A stretch of DNA of 55,091 nucleotides, filler included, from Sphacelaria rigidula (lineage: Eukaryota): assembly GCA_964200075.2 (NCBI GenBank). It is 6 parts of 6 records of this genome, joined end to end, with 100 filler letters (N's around TTAATTAATTAA, not from the genome) between each part and the next. Parts side by side here need not be neighbours in the genome. Positions count along the whole stretch, not along the records: positions 1 to 9,099 come from CAXNAA020009299.1; positions 9,200 to 18,298 come from CAXNAA020009300.1; 4 more parts are not named here. One strand, given 5' to 3'. The translations under genes and the position numbers were made by a program. The notes beneath the pieces were generated by a model. The model was not told the origin of the DNA. It did not search any database and saw only the letters and a list, made by a program, of their open reading frames with translations. Shown here in pieces: positions 1 through 12,020 of this stretch (the first letter of the stretch is position 1; the number at the start of each line of letters is the position of its first letter).

Positions 1-3000
1 GTAGGAACCGGGCCCCGTCCCCAAAGGGATGGGGGGTAAATGTGAAAAACCACAAAACAAAAAAAAAAAAGAGTCCCCCCCCCCCCCCCCCCCTCCTTTG
101 CCCCCTGAAGCAAGGAACATGATAAAATACAGGCTTCGCTACACGACAGCAGGTGTACTCGTGTACAACAGCTGGACGGATTTCCACTATATTTCATTTT
201 GACAAACTCCTGATTTTCCTTTTAATTTAACATGGGGTGGTAGCCTGTGATCACGGAAGACGTCCGAGTCAGATGCTCAGTACAGCACTGCGCAGATACC
301 GGAACGACTTTTTAATGTGTGAAGACAACAACAACAACAACGACAAAAGGGACCTCAGTACATGGCACTAGAAAACAGCTGATTTTGTTCATGTCTCCAA
401 GCTCAACCTCCGGCCCATCTGAAGGGGTCTGGCGCCTCACGACTCTTCATCTGTTGAATCGGCATCAAGACTCGCTGTGTATCTGTCTACAATTGGCATC
501 AATTTCAGTCGAAAGAGTGGATTGCTGTATCCACCTGAACTACCCTCGCGGTGATGGCGGTGAAACGGTTAGTGTAACTGCTTCCAAGCATGCCACTGGT
601 CGAATCTGTTGTACACTTGTCAAGTACTTTTGTCCGGTACCCCGGTCCTCTGACTCATGCAACACTCTACATCGCCAAAAAGTCAGGTGATTTGCACATC
701 GTGTTACTTAATATTTCCGCCGCTTAGCCTTACTGTCCACCACATGAAGGTTTGTTGTCGCCTTGGAGGTTGACCCGCCGGGTACTCCATGCCGCAGACC
801 ACTCCTCGATGTAGCACAGGAAATACAGAGGGAAGATTCCTTTGATATGGTCATTTCTTGAGGGATCGTTTTTTTGTTATATTGAATTTCCTACCGTTTG
901 GGGTATATAATCATCTCAGTGACAGAGAGCTAAACCGTGTGCTCGATTCGCCTCGCTCTCACGTTTCGTGAAGGGGCTCGACACTTGAATCTGATGAAAT
1001 ACGGGATAGGGGTTAACAGTCACTAGTGTATGGGTGTATTGATATTTGCAACTTTCTCGATCGTCTTGATCTTCCTCCATGTCTACAGTCGAATTCTTGT
1101 TCGTACTTCGAGCGTTGGATATCTGCTGTCATGCTCATATATCAGACCAAGGTACGCCGATCGTACGTATGAACGACCCACACTGAAAGTTGGAGTGTGA
1201 ACTGGGAATAGACTCGTTTCCGAACTTTGGGGCCAAACAAGCAGGTCAAGCGATAAGCGGCCTAGACCTCTTCTTCGGTAGGCGAGGAAAAAGGACGGTG
1301 GCAAATGGTTCCAAAGTAACACATTCGACATCATACAAACTAGCCTCAGAGCGATTACAGCTGCACGAGTCACGATAGAGGGAGAAGTGAATGCTGCACA
1401 CTTGACGTTGTCATTTGGGACCGTGGTCGCAGCTCGCAGACAGTGAACTTACAGGGACAGGTTCTCGGGATGGGGATGATACGGGTGTTGAAAGTCGACA
1501 AGTAAATATTATTCCGAAACGTCTGACCCCGACGGAGTTGAAGTTATTTTGTTCGTTCGGGCTCAAGGACAAAAACCCTTTTCCGCACTTCGAGTGCCAG
1601 GGTGGGTCGCATGTTCAGTCGGCATAGCTGTCACTCGAAAAGTTCATCACATAACCCACCCTGGAAGTGATGGATAAAGGGTTAGTCCAAGGTACGCAAG
1701 CACACCATCATGCTCAAATACAGATGCGTGTGGGAAATAGAATCACGTGTGGAACCCTTGTAATACGTACCTCATGCTAACTGCCTAGCACGAAGGGACA
1801 CATCTTGCTCGAACAGTGGACGATAGACTCGGTATGCAACGTTCAGCCATGTTCAGCTTGTCAGGGCACATCTGCATTCAACAGATGGTGAGAGGGTTCA
1901 CGACTTGAAGCATTGCGATCCTTATCTGAGGGGCAGTCGTCGAAAAAACACGAATGGGGTTGACCTCATGAAGCGTCGAGATTTTTATTAGAGGAGCAGT
2001 CGTCTCCAACACTCTTCACGCTAAATAATGCATTCGCGAGGGCTGGACTCGAACGGACCACGGCTTCGCGCTCAAGGGACCAAGGTGGTGACGACCTGGG
2101 TGGAGGTCTATGTAACCACCGAACCCGAGTGAACACCTTTGGTGGAAATGCTGATTGGAAAGGGTGCTGGGAGAGAGCAGAGATCAGGCCTCAAAGAGCG
2201 GAACTCACGACCAACTCGAGAGACCTCAATCATGAACGTTTCCTGCCCCGTTTCCCATCCGAGGATGCGCCAGGACTTGTGGGATGGGGATTGTAGCTTT
2301 TGTGCGGCTAAGGTCGCTGCCGTACACATCAGTTGCTGTGCACCATCGTACATTCACAAGGGCGGAGAACTGCCATCCCATCAACTGGGTAACGTCGTCT
2401 ACGAGCGCCGTGAAAGTACTGTACCGTGCGCCGTGCGCACATACACCCGTCCGGCCGAAACGGATCACTTCGATGTTGAAACCGATACATTTTTCAACTT
2501 CGAGGTTCTGTGAAGCTACGGGGCTAGTTCACAGCGAAACTTGAGTCGCGAAAACCCCTAAATCCTCGTACTAGACCTGCCCTAGAACTGGCTTTTTTAC
2601 GGCACCGAGTTGCAAAATTACTTTCATCGTTGAAGCAGGTACGTGTCCTGACGCTGCGGTACGTTACGGTAATCTCTGTGCTGTACACTACCGTTGTGCT
2701 CTACTGTGATCAAGCGAGATATACAAGGGGATCCAATACGGCAGGCCGTCCTGGTTGTTTGTCGACAGATCGCATGTTACACAAGTTCATGATCTATGCA
2801 TGCAGATACGTCGTACTTTTTTGGCCCGCACACACAGCCTATTGAAGAGGGGAGACGTAAATACGTTTGGATCAAGTAGTGAAACTTGATGCAATTGTGT
2901 TGCATCCTGTACTCTGTGTACTATATCGTGTACAGTTTTGCTCCGTCTTCGGTTCTTTGGGAGGTGAAAAGCGGCGTAACTTTTCTCATCATGGGTGCAG

Positions 3001-3362
3001 CGGTTGCACACTACGGTTGCAAGTTGCAAGTACTCGTAGGCGCTACACGATCCAACGATTGACCGATTTTGATGTTGATGCTTGCCCCGAGCCTGGAACC
3101 AAGGCCGCCCATCAAGGGCTGATCCAACACAACGCCCATCAACCATTATGTTCTGTTAGGGTAAATGAACACATACTACAGGACAGTCAGTTGAGTGACG
3201 GCTGCGGTCCTGTGGTCTCTTGGCTGCGACTGAAAATTGAAAAACTCTGATGATCCTCGCCTGTTCGGTTGGGCTGCACAGGGGCTCCGAAATACCATCA
3301 GGAGCCCTCGAAGCTGTAAACGCTGTTGGGGGTTGTAAATAGGTGCCCGCTCTTCATCTCAC

Positions 3363-3418
3363 CTGTACTCGAAGCTGTCGTCCTGGTATTTCTCCGAGTA
3401 TTCGATGCGCGAAGCCAT
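3363..3418 (-). CDS. CKS1: Cyclin-dependent kinase regulatory subunit (Cks1/Suc1 family), first coding exon only
   Basis: Minus strand from ATG 3418 reads MASRIEYSEKYQDDSFEY-R, then an AG|GTGAGA donor. This matches the Cks1 N-terminus (IxYSxKYxDxxFEYR) with a phase-2 intron in the final Arg codon. No convincing exon 2 (HVILP...) was found before position 1. Confidence 0.85.
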
Positions 3419-5010
3419 GATGCTTGTGGCGGGGCACCTGAAAGGATAACAGACTGGCCTGTTGGTAGCTGTGTGGCGTAGGTTCTGCGTACAGGAGGCA
3501 AGTCAGTGTTGGGTGGGAGTGCAACAGTTGTCTTGAGTACAGTATTCGAAATTTCCGAGCACAGCGGTATTGACGACGCTCCATGAAAGGAGCAGTCCAC
3601 AGACGAAATCAGAGAGATCGAATCAAGAAAATAAATCGATTACCGAGGAGCTATGTGCGGTATCGCCTGAACCTCAACCCGAATGAGAATATCCTCTTCT
3701 TCCAGAGGTGGATGGAAAATATCATTTCGTCATGCTGGCTTGGTAGGTAATGGGGTGCCACAAGCCAGACCATGCTGCTGCATTCATTGCCTTGGCATGA
3801 TGTAAAAATACCGGTTATGAGATCGGCAGTACCGGATGACAAGCGATTTTGATATTTCAAACGGCGGGGTTGACGACCACAAGACTGGATATACGGGGCT
3901 GAAATAGGCGCCCGGGGACGAACAAACAAGACAAATCGATACATATGTGAGCATTACATGCTATGTGTGCTCTCGTGCCAGTATATCTCACCTGATGAAG
4001 CACCGAGCACTTGAAGAGCAGCGACACCTCAGATTGAAAGAATGAGAACTGGAGAGGGCAGTGGGAGCCGATGTTGAGATGTAATACTGACCTTCTCTGA
4101 GAAGGACAGTATTAAATTATGACAACATAGTATGCATTATCTAATGACACGATTCTATTCGATTTACGGGGGTTCGTGGCCTGTTTTTCTCGAGTCGGCA
4201 TCTCTCCACACCTCTGCCGTGCTTCATCCAGCTTACAGATACTGTAGTGACGCCCGGTACTCGTGACTTTACAGAGCTGGTTCCTGTAAAAATATCTCAT
4301 CAGTCGGTTCTCTTGGTGGAGCGTGAACCAAAGGACAGTAGAAGTAACAGGAGGCGAAGCAAACGATCTGATTTTACCCGGTCCTTTCGAGACCGACAGG
4401 CAGGCAACACTGAGGATCGCGTGAATCGCTAGGTGAGGTTATTCCAACAAGTGCTGCTACTGACCGTACCAATGTAGCCGGGCGATGGATATGCCTGGCT
4501 AATCGATGGTGTGATTCCATCAAGGTGGCCTGCTAGCTACCTATAGGAAGACGGTTCCGTCTATGTTGTATTATTTTGAACACAATTTCAACCCGCCAAT
4601 ACTTTGCATACTTTCCTTTGCTACAAAAGGCAGTGTAGAAGTTCAGCCTGTGGTATTCTAGACTTGTACTGTACTGTACGACACTGTAGCACTGTTGTAC
4701 AGTCGTATAGTCCTATACCATAGCGTTTTCTTGGCGGGTACTCGTACCAACACAATATGGTACATACATACAGTTGGCACTGCGGCGGCGGTTCGCTTTG
4801 CAACAATCGCTTGCTCTCCCTTCCAGTCTTTTACCCCCCCTCTTGCACCATCGTGGATGTCAACAACGCCCACCTTAACCTTCCTCACTCGCGCACTTCC
4901 CGAAACCCCGTTCATCCTACCTGTCTATTTTTCGTTGTGTACACCGGAAGAAGGCATAAATCAGGCGGAGCCCTGCGGTCTGTAGAGGAGGTCTGTGTGG
5001 AATTTTTAAA

Positions 5011-7142
5011 ATGAGCCCTACACCAGACAACACGAGTCAAGACAATAACGGCACGTCCGTTGTCATGGCTACGCCACCCTCGGCGGTGCCTACGGCCGTG
5101 CCTACAGCAGCGGAACGTGCTGCTGCAGCTGCGGTGGAAAACCCTTATCTTGCTGGCTTGGGGAAAAAAACGAGGGGCTTGAAAAAGAAGCTGGAGAAAA
5201 TCAGGAAGACGGAGAGCTTCAGCAAGTCCGGCAAGGTATGAAACTGGTCTACGACAGAGTCACAGGAGCATGTTTCGAATAACTGTTTTTCAGTACAATA
5301 TTTCTCGTATGCCCCACCCTTCGGGCTTCCGGGAGATCCTCCGCGCAGATAAATGAGTTCAACGCACCTGAAGACGTTCTTCGACCTCTGCTTTCCTGTG
5401 GATCATACCTTAAGACTGTGGTTCATAGTCTTCTCATAACATGTACTAATGTACCAGCCGGACGAGCTGGCGAATAAATCACGCCGGGGAAATCGCGGGT
5501 TTGCGTACTGTTGACTTGTTCCTTTTCGGTATTGTACTTCTCTGACCCTTGTTGTGTTTTGCACGATGGATGTCGATTCACTGATGATCGATCCATTGAT
5601 TTATAGGTTTACCCACCCAAACTGATCACTGCGCCGACCCAATTCGACATGACGCCTCACGCCTGCCATGCTGTAGAAGACAAGTTGACTGTCGACTAGA
5701 TTGTCCTGTACAGGAACGCCCTCTAGGCTACTGAGCGTCGTCCCTTGGATGCAACTCCGCCTCTACTGCCGTTCCGTGTTGACATTATTTCGTCTTGTTG
5801 TCTGTACCCTGGAGCTCATCAGCTTTGGCTCTGAACGACAGTATATCGTTTGCAGTATTTTTGTTCTTGGAGTCGAGCGAAAGGGCCCCACCTTCGAAGG
5901 GAATGAGCAAAATGCCTCCTATTTGTAAGCCGCGAGATATCAGCGGTAAAGTTGCCAAGTCTACAAGTACGCATTTATTGCTGGCGCAACCATTGCACGA
6001 TGTTTGGAATGTCAGTGATTCGTGTCCATGCCACACACCAACTCCTGTACAGTAAGTATCGTACTTTACCCTCACGTGTATGTGGCCTACTCAGTCCTCA
6101 CATTTCCACTACCGGCCCAGAACAACCGATAATACTTCGATGTACCCTTTTTTATTTTGAACTCAGCTGTTTGCGCGTTGCTTCACGGACACAAGCTGCA
6201 CATATCATTCTCCCCTTGATTCATGTATCCCAGATTGAAACGACGCAGTCAAGAGCAGGGTCACGTGTTTCACGATGTTTATAAACCCTTGGTCGTAGTT
6301 CAAGCATCCTCCCGCACATTTCGTATCCGCCGTCCGTGCCTCAAAAATGCGTCCGCTACCACCTGTCGGTGTAGCACTTGAACGAGGAGCAGCTCAAGCT
6401 TCTCGAGACAAAGCCCCTGCTGGAAGTGGCTCTCGCTGAACACGAGCGTGTGCGGGGTATGATCGAGACTGTCGCCAGGGAGCAAGCACAGCAGCAAGAG
6501 GCACAACACGCAACACTCTCTGCCAGCCCCCTCCCCCAGTCCACCACTAGCCATCCGCCGGCAGCCCTGTCCATTGCCGTCTCGACGCCGCAAGGTGAAG
6601 CTCTCTCAATACCGGCCGCCGACAGCGCGAACATATCCGTATCCACAGCAAATCCGGCGGAAGCGGAAACTCGGCCGCGTGAACCAAAAGACCATGATGG
6701 ACACGGAGCCGCCGGTGAACAACAGAAAGGGGCAGCGGAGCAAACGGCACCTGCGGTGGAGCCTGCCTGCGGAGCGCCGGTGGCAAGACCGCCTATGACA
6801 GTGCATGCAGCCACCGCCGCTGTGCCATCAACAGAATCTGTCGGAGTCGCCACTGACACCCCAGAATCCAGCGAAGCGGGAGCTCAGACGGATGTATCGG
6901 GACCACCCCCGCCTCGCGGACTTGATCCGCAGGATGTTGCAGCGGCTATGGCGGTGGCGGGGCGAACTGCCGAGGAAGAGAAACAGAGGGCAGTGGAGGA
7001 AGCCGAAGCTAGGGGATTGGAGGCCGGACGCGCGGAGGCGGTCGGGACCGGGGTGTCCAAGCTGCTGCGACTGTTACACGTGGCGAGCCGCTTCGAAGCA
7101 AAAGGGGAGAGATTGCCATCGGCGGTGGATTTTTTTTCCAAG
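5011..7142 (+). CDS. Caprin-like coiled-coil protein, first two exons (3' partial)
   Basis: Exon 5011-5235 (AAG|GTATGA donor) and exon 6375-7142 (GTAG| acceptor, AAG|GTGCGT donor) are both phase 0. The spliced sequence NPYLAGLGKKTRGLKKKLEKIRKTESFSKSGK-HLNEEQLKLLETKPLLEVALAEHERVR fits the caprin HR1-type motif KKxRxLxKKL...GxxLNxEQ; VSKLLRLLHVASRFE occurs later. Family assignment is from motif recall only. Confidence 0.7.
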
Positions 7143-9099
7143 GTGCGTGCAGGATTGTGAGTCGCGTTCTTCGTTTTCGTCTTCGTGTTCGTGCCGGTTT
7201 TTTCTGCTTTGTCGGGGTGTCTCGCTCGTTGCTTACGTGAGTGTTTGGTTTGAGTCCCGTATGTTGGAAGCGAAATGAAGTGCTACAATCTCTTGACGAG
7301 CGGACGTGAAGTCAAATGTCCTCCCTTGAGACAGCTTCATTGAGCCGAGATCCCGCCACACTGCTTCACATGGAAACGCAAGGCAGCATGAAAGAAACCG
7401 GTCGTACTTTTTATGCATAACGTTTTCGCTTTGCTGAGCTGTCGAGCTTTTTTTGTGGGCGTGAATCGTGCCCCACATTCCGCAAACGCACAGAGCGGTG
7501 AGCATTCCGACAAAGGTTCCTTGGCGCTTTCAGATATTGAAAATTATGTTTCGAAGTGCAATGCCGCACATTTCCACAAAGCTATAGGGTGTCCCTGCAT
7601 CCGCGACGAATCCACAGAAACGTCCGAGCACATACACCGACAGGGCATGGTCATGGTCCACGAGGGCGATGGCATCAGAGATTTGTTGTGGGTCGGCTAC
7701 GTTGCCAACGGACCGGCGGTGTAAGCTCTCGAAGGAAACTCTAGAGGTGGTTGGGTGGCAGTCTCCAAGCAACATTATGTGTAGGCAGCCACCAATAATG
7801 AGATGAGAGCTTTAAGATGTTTACGAGCTGCAAAGGAGCTTTAACTGGCCCAAGTTGCGTGGGGGAGAGTGAGCGGCGTCGATTAATCGATGAGGACAGC
7901 AGTCCGTGCTAACTCAGTTGGCTGACCCAACCTGCAGGCACCCGACTACAACTTGAGTGTCGAAGAAGACTCCAACGAACGACTGCATTGCCATCCCGCG
8001 ATTTTTTCAACTTTGTATACGTGGCACTTTCTCCCCATCCCAATTATCTCTAGACTCTACAGCGCAGCTTGAATGGTCCTCCTAGGGTTTAAACGCTCCA
8101 CAGTACAGCAACAGCGACAACACGAGATTGATGGGTGTGAAGAGCGCCTTGATCGTCTTGCAGGAGACGGAACAGCCAACACACCATGGCGTTTCCAATA
8201 GTCAGTGTGTGGACGGCACTGCGTGCCGACCACTATTATTTCGTACATTGCAGAATACGACAACATAGGAGTAGCTCATCCGATCCCAGCGGAGACCAAA
8301 CCGTCTTCGCAAGGTCTAAACGCACCACAGTATAGCGACAGCTACATCACGTAAAAGAGGGCGTGGATGTGTTTGTTCTGTAGTATAGTCAAATGTCATG
8401 TCCCATATTTTCGTTTTTCGCCTGCTTTTGAATGGGTCATTAAGTCCATCCGGTTGCTGGTTCTGAACTCGTGGCCGAAATTGCGTTCGCGCGAGAAATA
8501 TTACATTTCCAACCTTTTCAGCTCCATCCTGTGGAAGGTCGGCCAAGTTTTTGGGGAAAGTCGTTTGGGAATCAAGTTTCATCAATGCGTAGGACGACTG
8601 AGTTTTTTTCCCCTCTTTCGTTCCCCCCCTCCCCCCCAAATAGGGGCAAAATATGATGATGTTCAGGCGGACTGATTTTTTCGGCCGTTCGGCCGCATGA
8701 TAAAAACGATGAGGATAAAAAAAGGGTTCAACCCCCCCAAAACGCCAAATAAAACGATTTCCAAGACCGTTGTCGCAGTCAGACGCGGTTGAGAGCCTGT
8801 ACACACTCGAATGTCCTACCTTACTGGGCAGAACAAGTATACGTCGCTGAACAAGGGCCAGGGTTGAAGCTGTTGTTCTTGGACAGAGTTTCACCGTGCA
8901 TCCCGTTCAGCTACCCGGGCATAAATAGCGTGAGGCCGCGTTCGTATTCGCAGGGGGGTGTTCTGCACGCGGAAACGAATGCCCACGTTGACTTTGCCGT
9001 ACTGTATATGCAGGTTCCGTTGGTCTGAGGCAGGATTCGATACAAAGCCACCAGGGTATTGGAACCTAAGAGGGGGGGGGGGGGCGCGTACTCATTTGT

Positions 9100-9199
9100 N
9101 NNNNNNNNNNNNNNNNNNNNNNNNNNNNNNNNNNNNNNNNNNNTTAATTAATTAANNNNNNNNNNNNNNNNNNNNNNNNNNNNNNNNNNNNNNNNNNNN
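9100..9199. other. Artificial scaffold linker
   Basis: 44 N + TTAATTAATTAA (stops in all six frames) + 44 N. Confidence 0.98.
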
Positions 9200-9529
9200 C
9201 AAGGCAAGAATACCGAGACCCTCGAAAAAGACGGACGGGACCGGGGCGCAGCCCCGGGTCCCGTGCGGCTTGTAGTATGTACGTGTATATAGACACACGT
9301 ATACACGTGATATTGCACTTGGACCGTAGCTCTCAGACCGCCGACGACACTATTGAGCATTCAGGCAGAAGTCATGACGGGCGTACGGCTATGGCTATCA
9401 ATAATAGCGTACATTTTGAATATCACGTGAAATGCGGGTACGTGCAGCTGAACAAATCGCACATCATCAACATCGAGAGCAACAACCACAGCGGTCACCG
9501 CAAAGCAACTGCCGAGTCTCTGGGCTCAC

Positions 9530-10353
9530 CCAGCTCCTTCTCTGCCGTGGCGAGAGCCACCCACAGCAACCGCCACGTTCGAAATTTCTTGGCAGGCGAC
9601 CACACGAAGCTCATCTCCTTCGAGGCATACCTGGAGTAGGTGCAATGCAGTACAGTCACAACGGGAACCGCACGAATCTGAGGTGAAAAGGTAAAAATAA
9701 AACAACAACTCCACGTCACCGCTGTTGTGGTTGATCCCAGCTCGGAAGTTAAGTAGGTGAAAAGCTACCAGATCGTGTATTTTTCAATGAGCATCACTCC
9801 CTAAAATAATCGAGTGTTGGTACATTTCAGTTTTTGTTGTTCGGCGTGTGTCCTGCAGCCGCAATACAGGAGGGAGCCTGACGACGAGCAGTTCGTGTCT
9901 AGTGCATACAGTTATCGCAGGTTTTTGGAGGGAAGGGTGGGGGCGTGAATACTGCAATATGCATATACAAACCTCGCCAGGGAGTGGTGATTCTGAACTG
10001 TACCTTTTAATATCGGCGAGAGAGAAGTACAACAAGCGCTGCGGGGTACACAACACAGACATGCGACGCTACGTGGATACCAAACGGTCAGGGTGACGAC
10101 ATTATGGTCCACAGCATAGTGTTGTTGCGGGCCCAACCAAACTCACTCCGTTGTTGTCGAAGACGGTGCGTATTGTTATCATCCAACACATGCGAGAGGA
10201 TGAGCGTACCTTACCGAAGCAGTCGGCCCACCCCCAGCACCGCGAAAAAAAACGCGTCTCTCACCTCTGCACCAAGGGGTGCTCGTAAGCCACCTTCTCC
10301 TCCCCTTCTCGCGGCGCTCGTCCATCCTCCAACAGCTGTTCGAACGATGCCAT
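9530..10353 (-). CDS. ADSL: Adenylosuccinate lyase, first two exons (3' partial)
   Basis: Exon 10353-10265 ([38 protein letters not shown] donor) and exon 9630-9530 (CTCCAG| acceptor, [41 protein letters not shown] donor) are phase-compatible. They match the eukaryotic ADSL N-terminus PLxxRYASxEM...KFRTWRxLWxxLAxAExxLG. The rest runs off the piece at 9200. Confidence 0.93.
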
Positions 10354-11455
10354 TTCTCCGTCGTACGGTAGGAGGATCACTCTGGCCAGCACTTAGCTCA
10401 AGGCTTTGCCTGGTATTTCGGAGCAATGGTTTTAGCGCGGGGCAAACTTGACGTTGGAGTGTGGCGACCGGTGCGAATATCGCCTGCTAGGTAGGCTGTG
10501 CTGTGAGCCGTGAGCAAGCACATTCAACGGCAGCGCCGGCTTCAAGAACTCCTTCCGCACGAGTGATCCTACGATTGGGGGGGGGGGGTGTACTCATGAT
10601 CTTGCATGCCGTAGTCATATGATCATTGACTTCGTATCCCTACAAAACCGGGACGGAGCACGCCGGGTTTTCGACGGACCAGGTTGACGATAGGGGAGGC
10701 GGTGGGGGGGGGTTGGTCGAAGAGAAACTCGAAGGGGAACATGAATGAAGCAACCACAGGGGCACATGCAACGGCGTGATACATATCAACACCACCATAC
10801 ATCATGAAGCAGAGAGTTCGTCCCATTGCCCCTCCCTCCCCTTCGGCCTACTGAAAACACGCATAGCTCGAGCCGCAGCTGTTCATCAGCTGAGCACGCT
10901 GTGTTCGGCTATAGTTAAATCTGCCTAGGATTTAATGACGAGCAATGATTCATGTCAAACACGCTCGACACCCGCAAAAACGATCAGCAACGGCAGATTT
11001 TCGGTTCCTCAAGACACAAGAAGGTAAAAGCACAAGAAGGTTCCCGTCAAGCGAATACTACCTATTCTGTGAATGAGCAACGGTTAGTAGCGCTGGAGCT
11101 AATAATGTGAGTGAGTGGAAAGTTTCTGCGCGTGTTTTTCCGGAGCTCGGTGTATAAGTGCTGCGTTGCCTTGGCACGTCTTTTTTGTCCCCGCAGTACA
11201 GACATTCGGCCAGCGACCAGCGCGAGAACCGCCGCATCGTCGAACGTGTGCGCACTCTGGCTAGGGCTGCTTGGGAAACAGCCGAAAGCAGCGGTTGAGG
11301 CCTACACAGCAATTCGTATGTAGCGCTAATATTAACGCTAACCCTACCCCCGGACCCATGGATGATAGTGATCATGACATATTTACCGACTCTGTGCACC
11401 AATCACGTGCACGTATTCGGTGCTCACGGCTTCCCGCTGTTTTCTGAACTGCTGA

Positions 11456-12020
11456 GGGCGTGTTTCAGCACATCATTTTTCGATCGAAGAATTGCGGTGG
11501 CAATCACGAATTCCAAATCTAATGAGTCGTGATTTCAAGACCGTCAACATAAATCACGATAGTTGGAATCACGACTCCTCATGTTGGAAAAAATTGTTTT
11601 CCACGGCAAAGTGTCGGTTGCCCCGGTGACTCAGTTGGAAACCTCGAAACCTTCTAACGGCTGGGCCATGGGTTCGAATCTCGGAGCGATCTGGGACTTT
11701 TCCTCATGCCCAACAGTGGAAAGCGATTATGTCGTGGGTACACAAAATACGAGTTGATGGTCGACGAGGGAAAGGGACTGCTGAACTCCTCTCGCGATAA
11801 AAATAAAAGGCAAGCATTGCAGAAAGACGGTGGAATATTACAGTATTATAAAACAAAACAAAAAGGAAAAAACTGCTGTGTTGACCGTTCTCCTGTGTGA
11901 CCGCGGCTGGTGTGCCCACATATACCGAAAGGTGCAGACCGGCGTCGAGAACAGATGGGACGATAACACACGCTCACACCGCATATTTTCGATCGAGAAA
12001 AAATGTGCTGAGACACGGCC
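11456..12020. mobile_element. PIF/Harbinger (Tourist-like) MITE containing a nested SINE
   Basis: ~44-bp imperfect TIRs: GGGCGTGTTTCAGCACATCATTTTTCGATCGAAGAATTGCGGTG and CACCGCATATTTTCGATCGAGAAAAAATGTGCTGAGACACGGCC. TGA flanks both sides (11453-11455, 12021-12023), consistent with a 3-bp TNA target-site duplication. Confidence 0.75.
11620..11976 (+). mobile_element. tRNA-derived SINE, CA-tail family, apparently full length
   Basis: Head GCCCCGGTGACTCAGTTGG (A-box) and GGTTCGAATCTC (B-box, 11671). The 3' ~90 bp (CTCCTGTGTGACC...CCCACATA...GAAAGGTG...AGATGGGACGA) plus an ACAC tail recurs at ~14449 and ~48767. Confidence 0.72.

Noticed and set aside
745..830. Minus-strand VNLQGDNKP resembling the Mononegavirales QGDNQ polymerase motif
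   Set aside because: No accompanying motif A or B, and a stop follows shortly; treated as chance.
1730..2110. Minus-strand WSVRVQPSRMHY and PHVILF as candidate CKS1 downstream exons
   Set aside because: Too divergent for a highly conserved protein, interrupted by stops, and no suitable acceptor.
9144..9155. TTAATTAATTAA palindrome repeated every ~9.2 kb
   Set aside because: It is centred in fixed N44 runs and is an artificial six-frame-stop linker, not a biological periodic site.
9277..9639. Plus-strand 120-aa ORF
   Set aside because: Overlaps the ADSL exon on the opposite strand; a shadow ORF.
11620..11695. Functional tRNA gene (also 29616-29690)
   Set aside because: A and B boxes are present, but the cloverleaf and acceptor stem do not close and both continue into repeated bodies, so they are called SINE heads.
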